Source: an uncultured Solirubrobacteraceae bacterium (lineage in GTDB: Bacteria; Actinomycetota; Thermoleophilia; Solirubrobacterales; Solirubrobacteraceae). From it: a stretch of DNA of 64,000 bases. The notes beneath the pieces were generated by a model that ran no database searches, was not told the origin of the DNA, and saw only the letters and a program-made list of their open reading frames with translations. A program made the translations under genes and the position numbers. This document shows positions 30,178-41,027 of this stretch, one piece after another; position 1 is the stretch's first letter, and every line of letters begins with the position of its first letter. The stretch is from the NCBI GenBank assembly GCA_963699425.1, contig CAVOTS010000003.1, positions 900,940-964,939 of the forward strand, written 5' to 3'.

Positions 30178-30225
30178 AGTCTACCGAGTCGCCGAGTTCG
30201 TAACAACATTGTGACGTCCGTCACG
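30178..30225 (-). promoter_or_regulatory. atp operon promoter (-10 TAGACT) with an upstream CRP/FNR-like site
   Basis: TAGACT at 30183-30178; TGTGA-cgtccg-TCACG at 30210-30225. Confidence 0.5.
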
Positions 30226-30239
30226 CCCCGCGGGGCGGT

Positions 30240-30977
30240 TCAGACGCCCGTCAGGGCCAGTCCGCGCTCGCGCGCAGCGTCGATGATCGAGGGCAGCGCA
30301 GCCGCTGTCTTGCGCCAGGATCCCGCCGCACCGTAGTCGTCGGCGTCGTGCAGCAGCACGACGCTGCCGGGCCCGAGCCCACGCGTCGCGAGTTCTGTTA
30401 TCGACTCCGCGCTCGCCCGCTCCTGCCAGTCCCGGCCCCACTGCGTCCACAGCAGCGTGCGCCAGCCACGGCGCCGCGCGATCAGCAGCGCAGCGGTGCT
30501 CGCAATCCCGTAAGGCGGGCGGTAGAGGTCGATCGGACGGTCGGTCGCCCCGCAGATCGCATCGAGCGCGCGCGCGAGATCCTCGCTGACCTGCGGCGCG
30601 GTCAGCCGCAGCAGATTGCGATGGCGGTCGCAGTGCAGCGCGATACGGTGCCCGCGCTGCGCCACCTCGCGGGCCAGCGCCGGGCTGCGGCGGACCTGCT
30701 CGCCGACCATGAAGAACGTCGCGCTGACCTGCTCGCGCTCGAGCACGTCGAGCACCGCCGGCGTGCCGAGCGGGTGCGGGCCGTCGTCGAATGTGAGCGC
30801 GCAGCCCGCGCCGTCGGCGGTGTGGTCGGAAATTCCGAGCGGCGCGCGCAGCGCCGGCAGCGCCCCCGCGAGCGCGGGCAGGGAATGGGCGAGCGCCGCG
30901 AGAGCGACCGCGGCGCCCGCGATCGGGGCTGCCCGGCTGCAATGATCGCTCGCTGACGTGGAAACCGTACTTGGCAT
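30240..30977 (-). CDS. Polysaccharide deacetylase (CE4/NodB); start uncertain
   Basis: TFDDGP, HCDRH, RPPYG, RDW, LLHD. Confidence 0.88.
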   Translation of the reverse strand: MPSTVSTSASDHCSRAAPIAGAAVALAALAHSLPALAGALPALRAPLGISDHTADGAGCALTFDDGPHPLGTPAVLDVLEREQVSATFFMVGEQVRRSPALAREVAQRGHRIALHCDRHRNLLRLTAPQVSEDLARALDAICGATDRPIDLYRPPYGIASTAALLIARRRGWRTLLWTQWGRDWQERASAESITELATRGLGPGSVVLLHDADDYGAAGSWRKTAAALPSIIDAARERGLALTGV

Positions 30978-31830
30978 TTTGTTCGCGGCGGGTGCATCCA
31001 CCTGTTACAGCCTAGGGGTCGTCCTGCAGGCGATCGAAGCGCGCGAGACGCCTTCGGAGCTCAGCCTGCGGCCGGCGCTGGTCATCTCGCTGCTCTCGCG
31101 GGTGCGCTGGCTGGCCGGAATCGGCCTCTCGATCCTCGGCTGGCCGCTGCAGCTGGTGGCCCTGCTGCTCGCGCCACTGGTCGTCGTGCAGCCGGCCCTC
31201 GCGTGCGGCCTGATCGTGCTGCTGATCGCCGCCGAGCGAATGCTGCACGAGAAAGCCGGCCGCTACGAGTACTCCTGCATCGCCCTGATCATGGTCGGGG
31301 TCGCCGGCGCCGGCCTGTTCGCCCCGCCGCACGGCGACACGCACGCGGACCAGTCGACGATCACCATCGTGCTGCTGATCCTCGCGCTCGTCAGCCTGAT
31401 GCCCTATGTGCTGAGCGCCTTCGGCCGCTCGCACCCGCAGATCATCATCCTCGGCGCCGGGCTGGCGTTCGCGTGGAGCGGGATCGCGACCGCGCTGGCC
31501 TCCGACGACATTGCCGCCCGCCACTGGCCGCCCGCGATCGCATGGGCGGTCGCCGCGGGGGCCGCAGCGGCCGTTGGGGTGCTGAGCGAGACGAGCGCGC
31601 TGCAGGCCCGGCCCGCGATCCAGGTCGCGCCGGTCGTCTCCGTCGTGCAGACCGTCGTGCCGGTTGTCGTCGCGCCGATCCTGCTCGACGAGCACTTCAC
31701 CGACACACCGCTGCACGGTGTCCCGTTGGCGATCTCGCTGCTGATCCTCCTGACGGGCGCGGCGCTGCTGAACCGCTCTCCCCTGCTGGTCGCGCTGATG
31801 GAAGAGCGCGAGCCCGCGGCGCCGGCCTGA
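30958..31830 (+). CDS. DMT-superfamily membrane transporter
   Basis: About 9-10 TM helices; [12 protein letters not shown]. Confidence 0.75.
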   Translation: METVLGILFAAGASTCYSLGVVLQAIEARETPSELSLRPALVISLLSRVRWLAGIGLSILGWPLQLVALLLAPLVVVQPALACGLIVLLIAAERMLHEKAGRYEYSCIALIMVGVAGAGLFAPPHGDTHADQSTITIVLLILALVSLMPYVLSAFGRSHPQIIILGAGLAFAWSGIATALASDDIAARHWPPAIAWAVAAGAAAAVGVLSETSALQARPAIQVAPVVSVVQTVVPVVVAPILLDEHFTDTPLHGVPLAISLLILLTGAALLNRSPLLVALMEEREPAAPA

Positions 31831-31836
31831 GCCCGC

Positions 31837-33681
31837 TCAGCGAGTGGCGCGAGACGTGACGGTGCCGAGCGTACGCACGGCGTAGCCGCGTGCGGCGAAC
31901 TGCGCCGTCAGCTGCTCCACGTCGCCGGCGGCAGCGGCGGCCTGCGGCACTTCGACCACCACGACGTCGCCGGGGCGCAGCGTCCCGCGGAACTGCGGGC
32001 CGTGGAGCACGTAGGCGCCGTTGACGGGCGTCAAGCCGGCGAGCTGGGCCATCACGAGCTGCCCGAGGTCCGCCCCGCCGCGCGGCGGCAGGTAGTAGTA
32101 GTGGTGGCCGAGGTCGAGCGCGTTGGCCTGACGTCTCAGCTGCCCGCGAGTGCCAAGCCAGTGCAGGAAGCTCGAGTGCGGCGCTTCCGGCAGCAGGCCG
32201 TCCTGCGCGGCGCGCACGCCGGCTACGCGGCCACTTGGCGGTGTGCCGCCGGCTGCCCCGTCGGCGAAGGTCACGTGAATTCCAGACGCGGCCAGGCGCG
32301 TCGCGGCCGGGACGATCGACCCGGTGCTGGTACGAACGATCAGCGCGACTTCGCGGCGCTTGGTGCGCACCTCGGTGAGCGGGTGGACCCCGAAGATCTT
32401 CGCCAGCGCCGCGACCTCGTCGGTGCTCATCATCCACGCGCCCAGTGCGAGCACGATCGCCGCCTGCGTCAGCAGCGTACGTCCGCGCACGATCCAGCGC
32501 GGCGGCGCGCTGATCCGCGCCGGGGCTTCGAGCACGACCTGCGCGGCGTGCGGCCCGTCGACCGCGGGCCCCTGCGCATCGGCCGCGCAGCTCGCGGCGA
32601 CGTGTTCGCGCAGTTCGCCGGCGTCGTTCGCCAGTCGCAGCAGGTCGAGGTCGGCCATCGCCCGGGTGTTCAGCCGGGCGTGGCCGATCGGCAGCCCGTA
32701 GGAGACGACCGGTGTCCCCGACGCACGCGCCTCGAGGCAGGTGACGCCGCCGGTCGAGTGCACCAGCACGTCGGCGGCCGCGAGAATCTCGGGCATCCGG
32801 TCGGTGAAGCCGTAGACGTGATCCGCGTCGCTGCCCGCGAAGGCGGCGTCGAGCCGCTCGCGAAGCTCCTCGTTGCGGCCCGCCAGGCAGACGATCGAGC
32901 TGACCTGCGGGTCGTCGGCGAGCTGCGCGACCGCGCCCTCGATGTCTCCCACTCCCCAGCCGCCGCCGGAGACAACGACCATCCGGCCGCGCTCGGGCAG
33001 GCCGAGCGCCCGCCGCGAGGCCTCGGGAGTGCGCGGCTCGAGGAAGTCGGCGGAGATCAGCGGCCGCACGATCTGCGCCGAGCCGCGTCCCGCGATCCTC
33101 TCGACGGCCGGCAGCGACTCGCCGTACATCACCAGGTGCATGTCGATGCCCTTCTGGGCCCAGAAGAACAGTCCAGTCAGGTCGGTGATCGTCGCGATCG
33201 TCGGCACGCGCACGATGCCGCGCCGGCGCAGGTGGCTGAGCACGACCGTCACCGCCGGGTAGGTCGAGACGACGACATCGGGTTCGTACTGGGCGATCGT
33301 GTGGGCCAGCGGACGGGCGCCGAGGGCAGCAGCAGGCGCCGTGCGAGCCAGCGGACCGGCGGGCAGTTTCTCCATCAGCCCGTAGGCGAGGCTGTAGCTC
33401 CACGCGCCGAATCCAGCTGCATGCGGTAGCCGTCCTGGACGGACTGTTCGAGGATCCGGCCCATCGCCGCGAGGCCGTCGATCACGTCGACCTCGGCGTG
33501 CTCGTCGGCGCCGGTCGAGCTGCTGCGCGAGGGCGCGCGCGGCTGCCGCGTGCCCCTCGCCGACGTCGGCCGAGAGGATCAGTACGCGTTTGGACCGCGG
33601 GCTCGCAGGGGCCCGCGATTCGTTTCTGTCGAGTCGCCGATGTAGGAGCCATCGGAACGGGGTGGATTGAGGACTGCTCAA
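31837..33681 (-). CDS. GT28 MGDG-synthase/UgtP-like glycosyltransferase fused to TM and degenerate CE4 domain
   Basis: [46 protein letters not shown]; local compensating frameshift near 33420-33520. Confidence 0.82.
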   Translation of the reverse strand: MSSPQSTPFRWLLHRRLDRNESRAPASPRSKRVLILSADVGEGHAAAARALAQQLDRRRRARRGRRDRRPRGDGPDPRTVRPGRLPHAAGFGAWSYSLAYGLMEKLPAGPLARTAPAAALGARPLAHTIAQYEPDVVVSTYPAVTVVLSHLRRRGIVRVPTIATITDLTGLFFWAQKGIDMHLVMYGESLPAVERIAGRGSAQIVRPLISADFLEPRTPEASRRALGLPERGRMVVVSGGGWGVGDIEGAVAQLADDPQVSSIVCLAGRNEELRERLDAAFAGSDADHVYGFTDRMPEILAAADVLVHSTGGVTCLEARASGTPVVSYGLPIGHARLNTRAMADLDLLRLANDAGELREHVAASCAADAQGPAVDGPHAAQVVLEAPARISAPPRWIVRGRTLLTQAAIVLALGAWMMSTDEVAALAKIFGVHPLTEVRTKRREVALIVRTSTGSIVPAATRLAASGIHVTFADGAAGGTPPSGRVAGVRAAQDGLLPEAPHSSFLHWLGTRGQLRRQANALDLGHHYYYLPPRGGADLGQLVMAQLAGLTPVNGAYVLHGPQFRGTLRPGDVVVVEVPQAAAAAGDVEQLTAQFAARGYAVRTLGTVTSRATR

Positions 33682-33716
33682 GGCGCCGCACGGACCGGCG
33701 CTGCGTGCGCGGCACC

Positions 33717-35080
33717 CTAAGGCTGCGATAGTGCGCTGGACAGGTCACCGCTCGCCTGTACGCCTGCCGGCTGGAGACGGCCGGCCCTCGCCCGCGACGC
33801 GCGGCGCCTCGGCGGGCGACCGCGCCACGGCCTGCTCGGGCGCACGCTCGCCCGGCTCGTCCGAGGGCTCGCTCTCGGGTCACCCGCGACCGCCTCGAAT
33901 TCGCCGTCTTCGAAGTCCTGAGACATCGGCGCGATCTCCGCCGGAGAGGCTCGGGCGCAGGCGCGCAGGCGATCGAGTCCAGGCGCGGAACTTGAGGATC
34001 TCGAGCACGTAGACCAGGTAGACGCTGGCGGCCGCGACGATCAGCGCCGATCGCGACGCATCACGAGCGACCAGAGCGATGTTGAAGTGGCCGTTGTGGT
34101 CGCTGTAGGGGACGAAGCGCAGCGCCAGCGCGAGGCCGGCGAGCATCAGCGTCCAGGCGTAGAGGTAGGCGATCGTGCGCCGGCTGGAGAAGCCGATCCG
34201 CGCCATCCGGTGGTGGAAGTGCTCGCTGTCGGGCCGGTAGATCGGCTGGTGGTACTTCAGCCGCTTGAGCACGACGAAGGTCGTGTCCAGGAACGGCACG
34301 GCGAGCAGGATCAGCGGCAGCACGAACGAGACGACCGCGGCCGTCTTGACCGCCGCCTCGACGGCGATCACCCCCATCAGCAGGCCGAGCAGGTTGGCGC
34401 CGCAGTCGCCCATGAAGCTCGACGCCGGCGGGAAGTTGTGGATCAGGAAGCCGAGCGCCGCGCCGGCGGTGATCGCGGCGAGCACGCCGGGCTGCGTGGC
34501 GGCCGAGGTCGAAGGCGATCACCGCGAACGTCGCGGCGATGATCGCGCAGACGCCGGCCGCGAGCCCGTCGACGCCGTCGGAGAAGTTGACGACGTTCAT
34601 CATCGCCACGAGCGCCGAGCACGGTCAGGATCGGCCCGGCATTGGTCGGCCCGGCGTTCGGGAAGTGCAGCGCGCCGACGAACGGCAGCGTGATCGCGCG
34701 CACGCCGATGCCGAAGTGCACGGCGATCACCGCGGCGAGCGACCTGGCCGGCGAGCTTCGCAGCGGGTGCAGGTCGAAGCGGTCGTCGAGCGCGCCGACG
34801 AGCGTGATCACCGCGGCGCCGAGCAGCACGCCGTGCCAGAGCGTCGGGGGTCTTGCACGTAGCCGGCCGGCAGCCAGATCGAGCGCCGCGACGAGCGCGC
34901 CGCCGAAGATCGCCAGGCCGCCGAGCAGCGGCGTGGGTCGCGTCGAGAGCCCGCGCTCGCGCGGCTCGTCGATCGCGCCGACGCGGCGCGCGAAGAGCAT
35001 CGTCAGCGGCGTCAGCAGCGTCGTGACGGCCGCGGCGGCAGCAGCGCGTAGAGCGCGTCGAGCTCGGTCGGGTGCGCCAT
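33717..35080 (-). CDS. WecA/TagO (MraY-family) polyprenyl-P sugar-1-P transferase, frameshifted
   Basis: [50 protein letters not shown]; end approximate. Confidence 0.88.
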
Positions 35081-35152
35081 CGCTCGCGCTGAAAGCATCG
35101 CAGGCGCGGGGCGGTCGCGCGTGCGCGAGCGCGCCGGCCTGCGCGAGGCGCG

Positions 35153-36454
35153 TCAGGCCGGCGCGGCACGCCGAGCACTCGTACAGCGGATAGCGCTCGA
35201 CGATCGCCTGCACCCGCTCGGCGAGCTCCTCGCGACGGGCATCGAAGTCCGGCGCCGAGCGCCGACCGCGATGATCCGCCCGATCTCGTCGAAGTCCTCG
35301 CACCGCGAGGCCGCGCGTGACGAGCGCCGGCGTGCCGATGCGCAGGCCCGATGCCTCCATCGGCGGGCGCGGGTCGAACGGCACGGCGTTGCGGTTGACG
35401 GTGACGCCGATCTCGTGCAGGCGATCCTCGGCCTGTTTGCCGCTGAGCTCCGGCTCGACGCCGCGCAGGTCGACGAGCACGAGATGCACGTCGGTGCCGC
35501 CGGTCAGCACGTTCACCCCGCCGCCCGGCGGCGAGCAGCTCGCGCGGCGAGCGCCCTGGCGCCGTCGATCGTGCGCTGCTGGCGCTCGACGAACAGCTCG
35601 CTTTTCGCGATCCGCAGCGCGACGGCCTTGGCCGCGATGACGTGCTCGAGCGGGCCGCCCTGCTGGCCCGGGAAGACCGCCGAGTCGATCTTCTTGGCGT
35701 GCTCGGCGCGGGACATGATGATCCCCGCGCGCGGGCCGCCTAGCGTCTTGTGGGTCGTCGTCGTGACGACGTCCGCGTCCGGTCGATCGGGCTCGGGTGC
35801 AGACCCGCAGCCACGAGGCCGGCGAAGTGCGCCATGTCGACCATCAGCATCGCGCCGACCTCGTCGGCGATCTGGCGGAAGGCGACGAAGTCGAGCTGGC
35901 GCGGATAGGCAGACCAGCCGGCGATGAGCAGCTTCGGTCGGCGCTCGCGCGCGATCCTGCGCGACCTCGTCCATGTCGATCAGGCTCGTCTCGGCGTCCA
36001 CCTCGTAGGGCGCGACGTCGTAAAGGCGCCCCGAGAGGTTGATCTTCATGCCGTGCGTCAGGTGGCCGCCGTGGGCGAGCGAGAGACCCATGATCGTGTC
36101 TCCGGGTGTCAGCAGCGCGTGGTAGACGGCCGCGTTCGCCTGCGCCCCCGAGTGCGGCTGGACGTTCGCGTGCTCGGCGCCGAACAGCTCCTTCGCGCGG
36201 TCGATCGCGAGCTGCTCGGTCACGTCGACCCACTCGCAGCCGCCGTAGTAGCGTCGGCCGGGGTAGCCCTCGGCGTACTTGTTGGTCAGCACCGAGCCCT
36301 GGCATTCGAGCACCGCGCGCGGCACGAAGTTCTCGGACGCGATCATCTCGAGCGTCGACTGCTGGCGCTCGAGCTCCCCCCAGCGCCGCGGCGACCTCGG
36401 GGTCGACCTCGGCGAGCGGCCGGTTGAAGTAGTCGGGGGCAGCGGTTCGGTCAT
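35153..36454 (-). CDS. glyA: Serine hydroxymethyltransferase, frameshifted
   Basis: [42 protein letters not shown]. Confidence 0.95.
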
Positions 36455-36559
36455 CAAGCGAGCTTAGCGGACGAGACGTAATCGTCGCTCTCGCTGGGTC
36501 ACGCGCGCTCTCGCTTTCTGCTGGAGGTCGCGCGTTTAGCATGCCGGCAGGCGCACGCG

Positions 36560-36935
36560 CGGACAGACGCTGCGGATCCGCTGCACCGCGCGGCTGGCCG
36601 TGGTTGCCTCGGCACTTGCCTCGCTGGACCGGCCAGTCACGAGCCCGACGTCGGTCAGGCTATCAGCGCTGCCGGTCGGCGGGAAGCGCGCACGGGTTTG
36701 CCAGCAGCGTGACGGCCGGGCAGCAGGGCGCCACGCGGTACGTTCGCGGGCCGAGCTCGGCAGTCTCGAGCGCCAACGCGAGGGCGTGAAGAGCAGCCGC
36801 CGGCTTGCGCCGGCGACCCTTCAGCTCGTAGAGTCGCGCACGGCGGTGGCGTCGGGGTCGCAGCAGGCCGTAGACCGTGTCGGCTGGGAAGCGGCACACT
36901 GCCCCCGGTCTGGCGCAGCGCTCGAGCGCCGGCGA
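36560..36935 (-). CDS. tsaC: Sua5/TsaC threonylcarbamoyl-AMP synthase, heavily corrupted
   Basis: FPADTVYGL and RLYELKGR..KP; position after prmC; bounds approximate. Confidence 0.65.
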
Positions 36936-36939
36936 GCGC

Positions 36940-37753
36940 AGGCTCGCACCGCCGTCCCGAGCACGCGCCCGATGCCTGCAGATCGCGCCGCTCGATCGTC
37001 GAATCCCGCCTGGCGGGCAGCAGCGGCCACGTCCGGCCTGCCCGTCCCGACCTCGAGCGCGAGCGCAAGCCCGTGCGGCCGCCGCCTCGAACCGCCGCGA
37101 CGCGAGCCCGTCGCTCCGCGTCAGCGCAGCGAGGCTCGTGGGGCGATCTCGGGCGCCAGCGACGCCCTGTCGCCGTCGGCGACGTACGGCGGGTTGGCCA
37201 GCACGAGGTCGTAGCGGTCATCGAGACCGTCCAGCAGGTCAGCCTGCACCAAGCTGACCTCCAGCCCGAGGCGCGCGGCGTTCTCACGCGCCAGGGCGAG
37301 TGCGGGCGCGCTGATGTCGCTGCCGGTGACGGCGAGGTCCGGGCGCTCATCCTTGACCGCCAGCGCGACGGCGCCGGACCCCGTGCAGAGGTCGAGCACG
37401 CTCGCGCCGGCCGGCGCCGTCAGCGCGACTTCGACGAGCAGCTCACTCTCGGGGCGCGGGATCAGCGCCCGGTGATCGACGCGGAGCTCGAGCCGGCGAA
37501 AGTGGCGAGCACCGATGATGTAGGCGACGGGCTCGCGGTCGACGGCGCGCCGGCGCACGGCGGCCTGCAGGGCGCGCGCCGCGGGGCCTTCGACCGCCAG
37601 CTCCGAGTCGGTCAGCAGGCGCGCGCGGTCGACGCCGAGCACGTGCGCGGTGAGCAGTTCCGCGTCCAGGCGCGGCGTCTCGCAGCCGCCCGCGCCCAGC
37701 GCCGTGACCGCGCCGTCGAGCGCGTCGCGCACCGAGGTGCGCGCGCGCCTCAC
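36940..37753 (-). CDS. prmC: Release factor glutamine methyltransferase, 3' part frameshifted
   Basis: LDAELL, EPVAYI, LIPRPESE, DLCTGSG, NPPY. Confidence 0.93.
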
Positions 37754-38799
37754 GCCGCGGCCTGTGCCGCGAGCAGCCGCTGGGTCTCGTCGGCCTGCAG
37801 CGCCGCCGTGAAATCCTCGAGTTCGCCTTCGAGGACCTGGTCGAGGTTGTGCGCGGTGAGCTTGATGCGGTGGTCGGTGACGCGGCGCTCGCCGTAGTTG
37901 TAGGTACGGATCTTCTCGGCGCGATCGCCGGTCCCGACCTGCGAGCGCCGGTCGGCTGCGAGCTCGGCCTGCTGGTCGGCGAGCGCCTGCTCGTAGAGCC
38001 GGGCGCGGAGCACCCGCAGCGCCTTCTCGCGGTTCTGCAGCTGCGACTTCTCGTCCTGCATCGAGACGACGATGCCGCTCGGCTTGTGGGTGATGCGCAC
38101 CGCCGAGTCGGTCGTGTTGACCGACTGCCCGCCCGGACCCGAGGAGCGGTAGACGTCGATCTGCAGATCGTTCGGGTCGATCTGGACGTCGACCTCCTGG
38201 GCCTCGGGAAGCACGGCGACGGTCGCGGTCGACGTGTGGATGCGCCCCGGCGACTCGGTCGCCGGCACCCGCTGGACGCGGTGGGTGCCACCCTCGAACT
38301 TGAAGACCGAGTAGGCGCCGTCGCCGTCGATCGCGAGCGTGTACTTGCCGTCGCTGACCTCGAGCGGTTCAGTCTTGTAGCCGAGTCTCTCGGCGTACCG
38401 GGTCAGCATCCGGTAGAGGTCCCCGGCCCACAGGCCCGCCTCGTCCCCGCCGGCGCCGCCCTGGATTTCGACGATCACGCTCTTGCCGTCGTTGGGGTCG
38501 CGTTCGATCATCGCGGCGCGAATCTGCTCTTCGAGCTCGGCCGCGCGGCTCCGCGCCTGCTCGAGGTCCTCGCGCATGCCGCTCTCGTCACCGAGTTCGC
38601 CGAGCAGCTCTTCAGCGCCCGCGGCGTCGTCCACGGCGCGGCGCCACTGCGCCGCGAGCTGCGCCGCCTGCTCGATCTGGCGGTAGGCGCGACCGGCCTC
38701 GGCGGCGCGGCGGCGGTCGCCGAGCACCTCCGGGTCGACCATCTGCGCGGAAAGGTCCGCGAAGCGCTCTTCGATGCGCGAAACGAGTTCGTCGATCAC
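37750..38799 (-). CDS. prfA: Peptide chain release factor 1
   Basis: PAT motif, GGQSVN, EKIRTYN. Confidence 0.97.
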   Translation of the reverse strand: MIDELVSRIEERFADLSAQMVDPEVLGDRRRAAEAGRAYRQIEQAAQLAAQWRRAVDDAAGAEELLGELGDESGMREDLEQARSRAAELEEQIRAAMIERDPNDGKSVIVEIQGGAGGDEAGLWAGDLYRMLTRYAERLGYKTEPLEVSDGKYTLAIDGDGAYSVFKFEGGTHRVQRVPATESPGRIHTSTATVAVLPEAQEVDVQIDPNDLQIDVYRSSGPGGQSVNTTDSAVRITHKPSGIVVSMQDEKSQLQNREKALRVLRARLYEQALADQQAELAADRRSQVGTGDRAEKIRTYNYGERRVTDHRIKLTAHNLDQVLEGELEDFTAALQADETQRLLAAQAAA

Positions 38800-38850
38800 G
38801 CGGGGCAGTCTAGGGGCGCCCGCCGCGGGCACGCGCCGGCCGCGGCCGCG

Positions 38851-39225
38851 CTAGCGCGGCGCGTAGCGGTGGTGGAGCATCAGGCCGTTGCCGTCGCGAT
38901 CGGCGAAGAACGCCATGTGACAGACGCCGGTGTCGAACGTGTCGCCCTGAAACTCGACGCCGCGCTGTTCGAGTTCGGCGCGCGCGGCGCCGACGTCCGC
39001 TACGTGCAGCGCGATCGTCGCGCCGCCCGGGACGTGCGTGCGCCCAAGCCGGCGTGCCTCGTGAACGTTGATCGTCAGGGAGCCCGTCTCGAACTCGGCG
39101 TAGCCGCCGTCGGCGTTGAGCACCGAGCACTCGAGGCCCAGTGTGTCGCGGTAGAAGTCCACGGCCCGCCCGACCTCCTCGATCGACAGCGATACGAAGT
39201 CGGTGCGCTCGACCGGCGTGTTCAA
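38851..39225 (-). CDS. VOC/glyoxalase-family protein
   Basis: AVDFYRDTLGL, ALHVADV..ARAEL..RGV, FFADRDGN. Confidence 0.85.
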   Translation of the reverse strand: MNTPVERTDFVSLSIEEVGRAVDFYRDTLGLECSVLNADGGYAEFETGSLTINVHEARRLGRTHVPGGATIALHVADVGAARAELEQRGVEFQGDTFDTGVCHMAFFADRDGNGLMLHHRYAPR

Positions 39226-40211
39226 GCGACGACCTCGACGCCGACGAGCTCCTCGAGCTTGAGGGTCGTGAGGTCCTCGACGGCGAGCACGTCGTTGAGC
39301 GCCGCGATCGCGACTTCGAGCTGCGCGAGATCGGGCTCGCGGGTCGTCAGCAGCTGCAGCTTCAGGCCGGGCCAGATCAGCGCACGAACCCATGGCGTCG
39401 TGCGGTGGCGGCCGGCGAAGCGGATGATCTCGAACGAGACCCCGGCGATGATCGGCACCCCGAGGATCCGCGTCAGGACCAGCCAGTACCAGGCGGGGAG
39501 CCCGAGCGGGGCGAAGGCGAAGATCGCGACGATCATCACGATCAGCAGGAAGCTCGTGCCGCAGCGGGGGTGCAGGCGCGAGAAGCGCTGCGCATTCGCC
39601 GGCGTCAGCTCCATGCCGGCCTCGAGACAGGAGATCGTCTTGTGCTCGGCCCCGTGGTACTCGAAGACCCGCCGCATGTCTTTCGCGCGAGAGATCGCAT
39701 ACAGGTAGCCGAGGAACAGCAGCGTGCGGATCAGGCCCTCGACGACCCAGAACAGCACTGCCGAGCCGAGCTGGTTCTTGAACAGGCTGGTGATCGCGAC
39801 CGGGACGACGAAGAAGAGCACGACCGCCAGTCCCAGTGCCACGACGATCGTCGCGATCCAGGCCCAGCGAGATAGCTCCTTCGGTTCCTCGCCTTCACCT
39901 TCGAGCTGGGCGTTGGTCGCGATCTCCAGGGCGCGGAAGCCGACACCCATCGAGCCGCACAGCGCGACGAAGCCGCGGATCACCGGCAGGCGCAGCACGC
40001 GGTGGCGCGCCATCACCGAATCGATCTTGTGGCGGTCGGAGCCGATCGTCCCGTCCGGGCGACGCACGGCAACCGACCAGTGGTTCACGCCGCGCATCAT
40101 CACGCCCTCGATCACGGCCTGACCGCCGACTGGGATGTCCCGGTCGGCGCGCAGCTGGCCGTCGTGGCCGAGCTCGACCGTGGGTGCTTCGGCCGCGGCT
40201 GAGGCGGCCAT
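39222..40211 (-). CDS. DUF1385 membrane protein
   Basis: GGQAVIEGVMMR, FEYHGAEHK, HPRCGTSF, LTTREP; usual rpmE-prfA neighbour. Confidence 0.9.
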   Translation of the reverse strand: MAASAAAEAPTVELGHDGQLRADRDIPVGGQAVIEGVMMRGVNHWSVAVRRPDGTIGSDRHKIDSVMARHRVLRLPVIRGFVALCGSMGVGFRALEIATNAQLEGEGEEPKELSRWAWIATIVVALGLAVVLFFVVPVAITSLFKNQLGSAVLFWVVEGLIRTLLFLGYLYAISRAKDMRRVFEYHGAEHKTISCLEAGMELTPANAQRFSRLHPRCGTSFLLIVMIVAIFAFAPLGLPAWYWLVLTRILGVPIIAGVSFEIIRFAGRHRTTPWVRALIWPGLKLQLLTTREPDLAQLEVAIAALNDVLAVEDLTTLKLEELVGVEVVA

Positions 40212-40216
40212 TGCGG

Positions 40217-40447
40217 CTACTTTGCGGCGGCGCGAGCGGCGGCCGCGCGGCCTTTGGCGACGCGGCGCTGGAAGCGCTCCACGCGACCACCGGTGTCAAG
40301 CAGCTTCTGGCGGCCCGTGTAGAACGGGTGGCACTGCGAGCAGACCTCGACGTGAATCTTCTCGGCGGTCGAGCGGGTCACGAACTCGCTGCCGCAGGTG
40401 CAGGTCACGGTGACCGGCTCGTAGCGCGGGTGGATCTCAGGCTTCAT
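40217..40447 (-). CDS. rpmE: 50S ribosomal protein L31 (zinc-binding type)
   Basis: [22 protein letters not shown]. Confidence 0.97.
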   Translation of the reverse strand: MKPEIHPRYEPVTVTCTCGSEFVTRSTAEKIHVEVCSQCHPFYTGRQKLLDTGGRVERFQRRVAKGRAAAARAAAK

Positions 40448-40968
40448 CGACGTAATTCTAGCGGGGCCACGGCACGGGCCACGACGTGGCTCCTGCGCGT
40501 TTGGGGCGGCAGGGGCTCGTCACAGACGCCGCTGTAGGCGCTTTCGTGACGGATCGTGCGGCCCGCCTTGTTGCTCCAGCGGAAGTAGACGAGCGCGCGG
40601 TACTTTGCGGGCGCAGTGAGGTTGCTCAGCGTTCGCGTCGACTGGAAGGCGGCGACGCCGGGCACGGCCGCGCGCCAGAGCCCGATCCCGGGGCCCTTGA
40701 CGGTCTTGAAGCGCTCGCCGGGCAGGCGCTCCTGAAGGTCGATCTGGATCGACATCCGGCTTGCTCGGCGCAGGGCATGGATTTCGGCGGCGAAGCTGAC
40801 GAGCCGCGCGGACGCGCTCGGCGCCGTCACGCACTGCTCTAGCGCCACGCTCTGCAGCACGGAGTAGCGCGAAGTGTCGATGCGGTGCGCGCCGCCGGCG
40901 GCAGGCAGCAGCGCCGCTGCTGCAAGCGCGGCGCAGATCGCCCCTGTGAGCTGCCTCATCCTCGGCAT
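40444..40968 (-). CDS. Hypothetical secreted protein
   Basis: Signal-peptide-like N-terminus ([24 protein letters not shown]); beta-rich mature part with two Cys. Confidence 0.6.
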   Translation of the reverse strand: MPRMRQLTGAICAALAAAALLPAAGGAHRIDTSRYSVLQSVALEQCVTAPSASARLVSFAAEIHALRRASRMSIQIDLQERLPGERFKTVKGPGIGLWRAAVPGVAAFQSTRTLSNLTAPAKYRALVYFRWSNKAGRTIRHESAYSGVCDEPLPPQTRRSHVVARAVAPLELRR

Positions 40969-41027
40969 GACAATCCTCTTAACACACGCGACCGCGTTTG
41001 GTTGCGCGTGACTATGCCATCGGCAGA

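Noticed and set aside
36455..36560. ZTP or glycine riboswitch upstream of glyA
   Set aside because: No consensus match; glyA looks leaderless; only a short AGCGAGAGCG repeat in poor-quality sequence.
33300..37200. Frameshifts in GT28, wecA, glyA, tsaC and prmC
   Set aside because: Same error-rich pattern in normally essential or conserved genes; treated as artefact.
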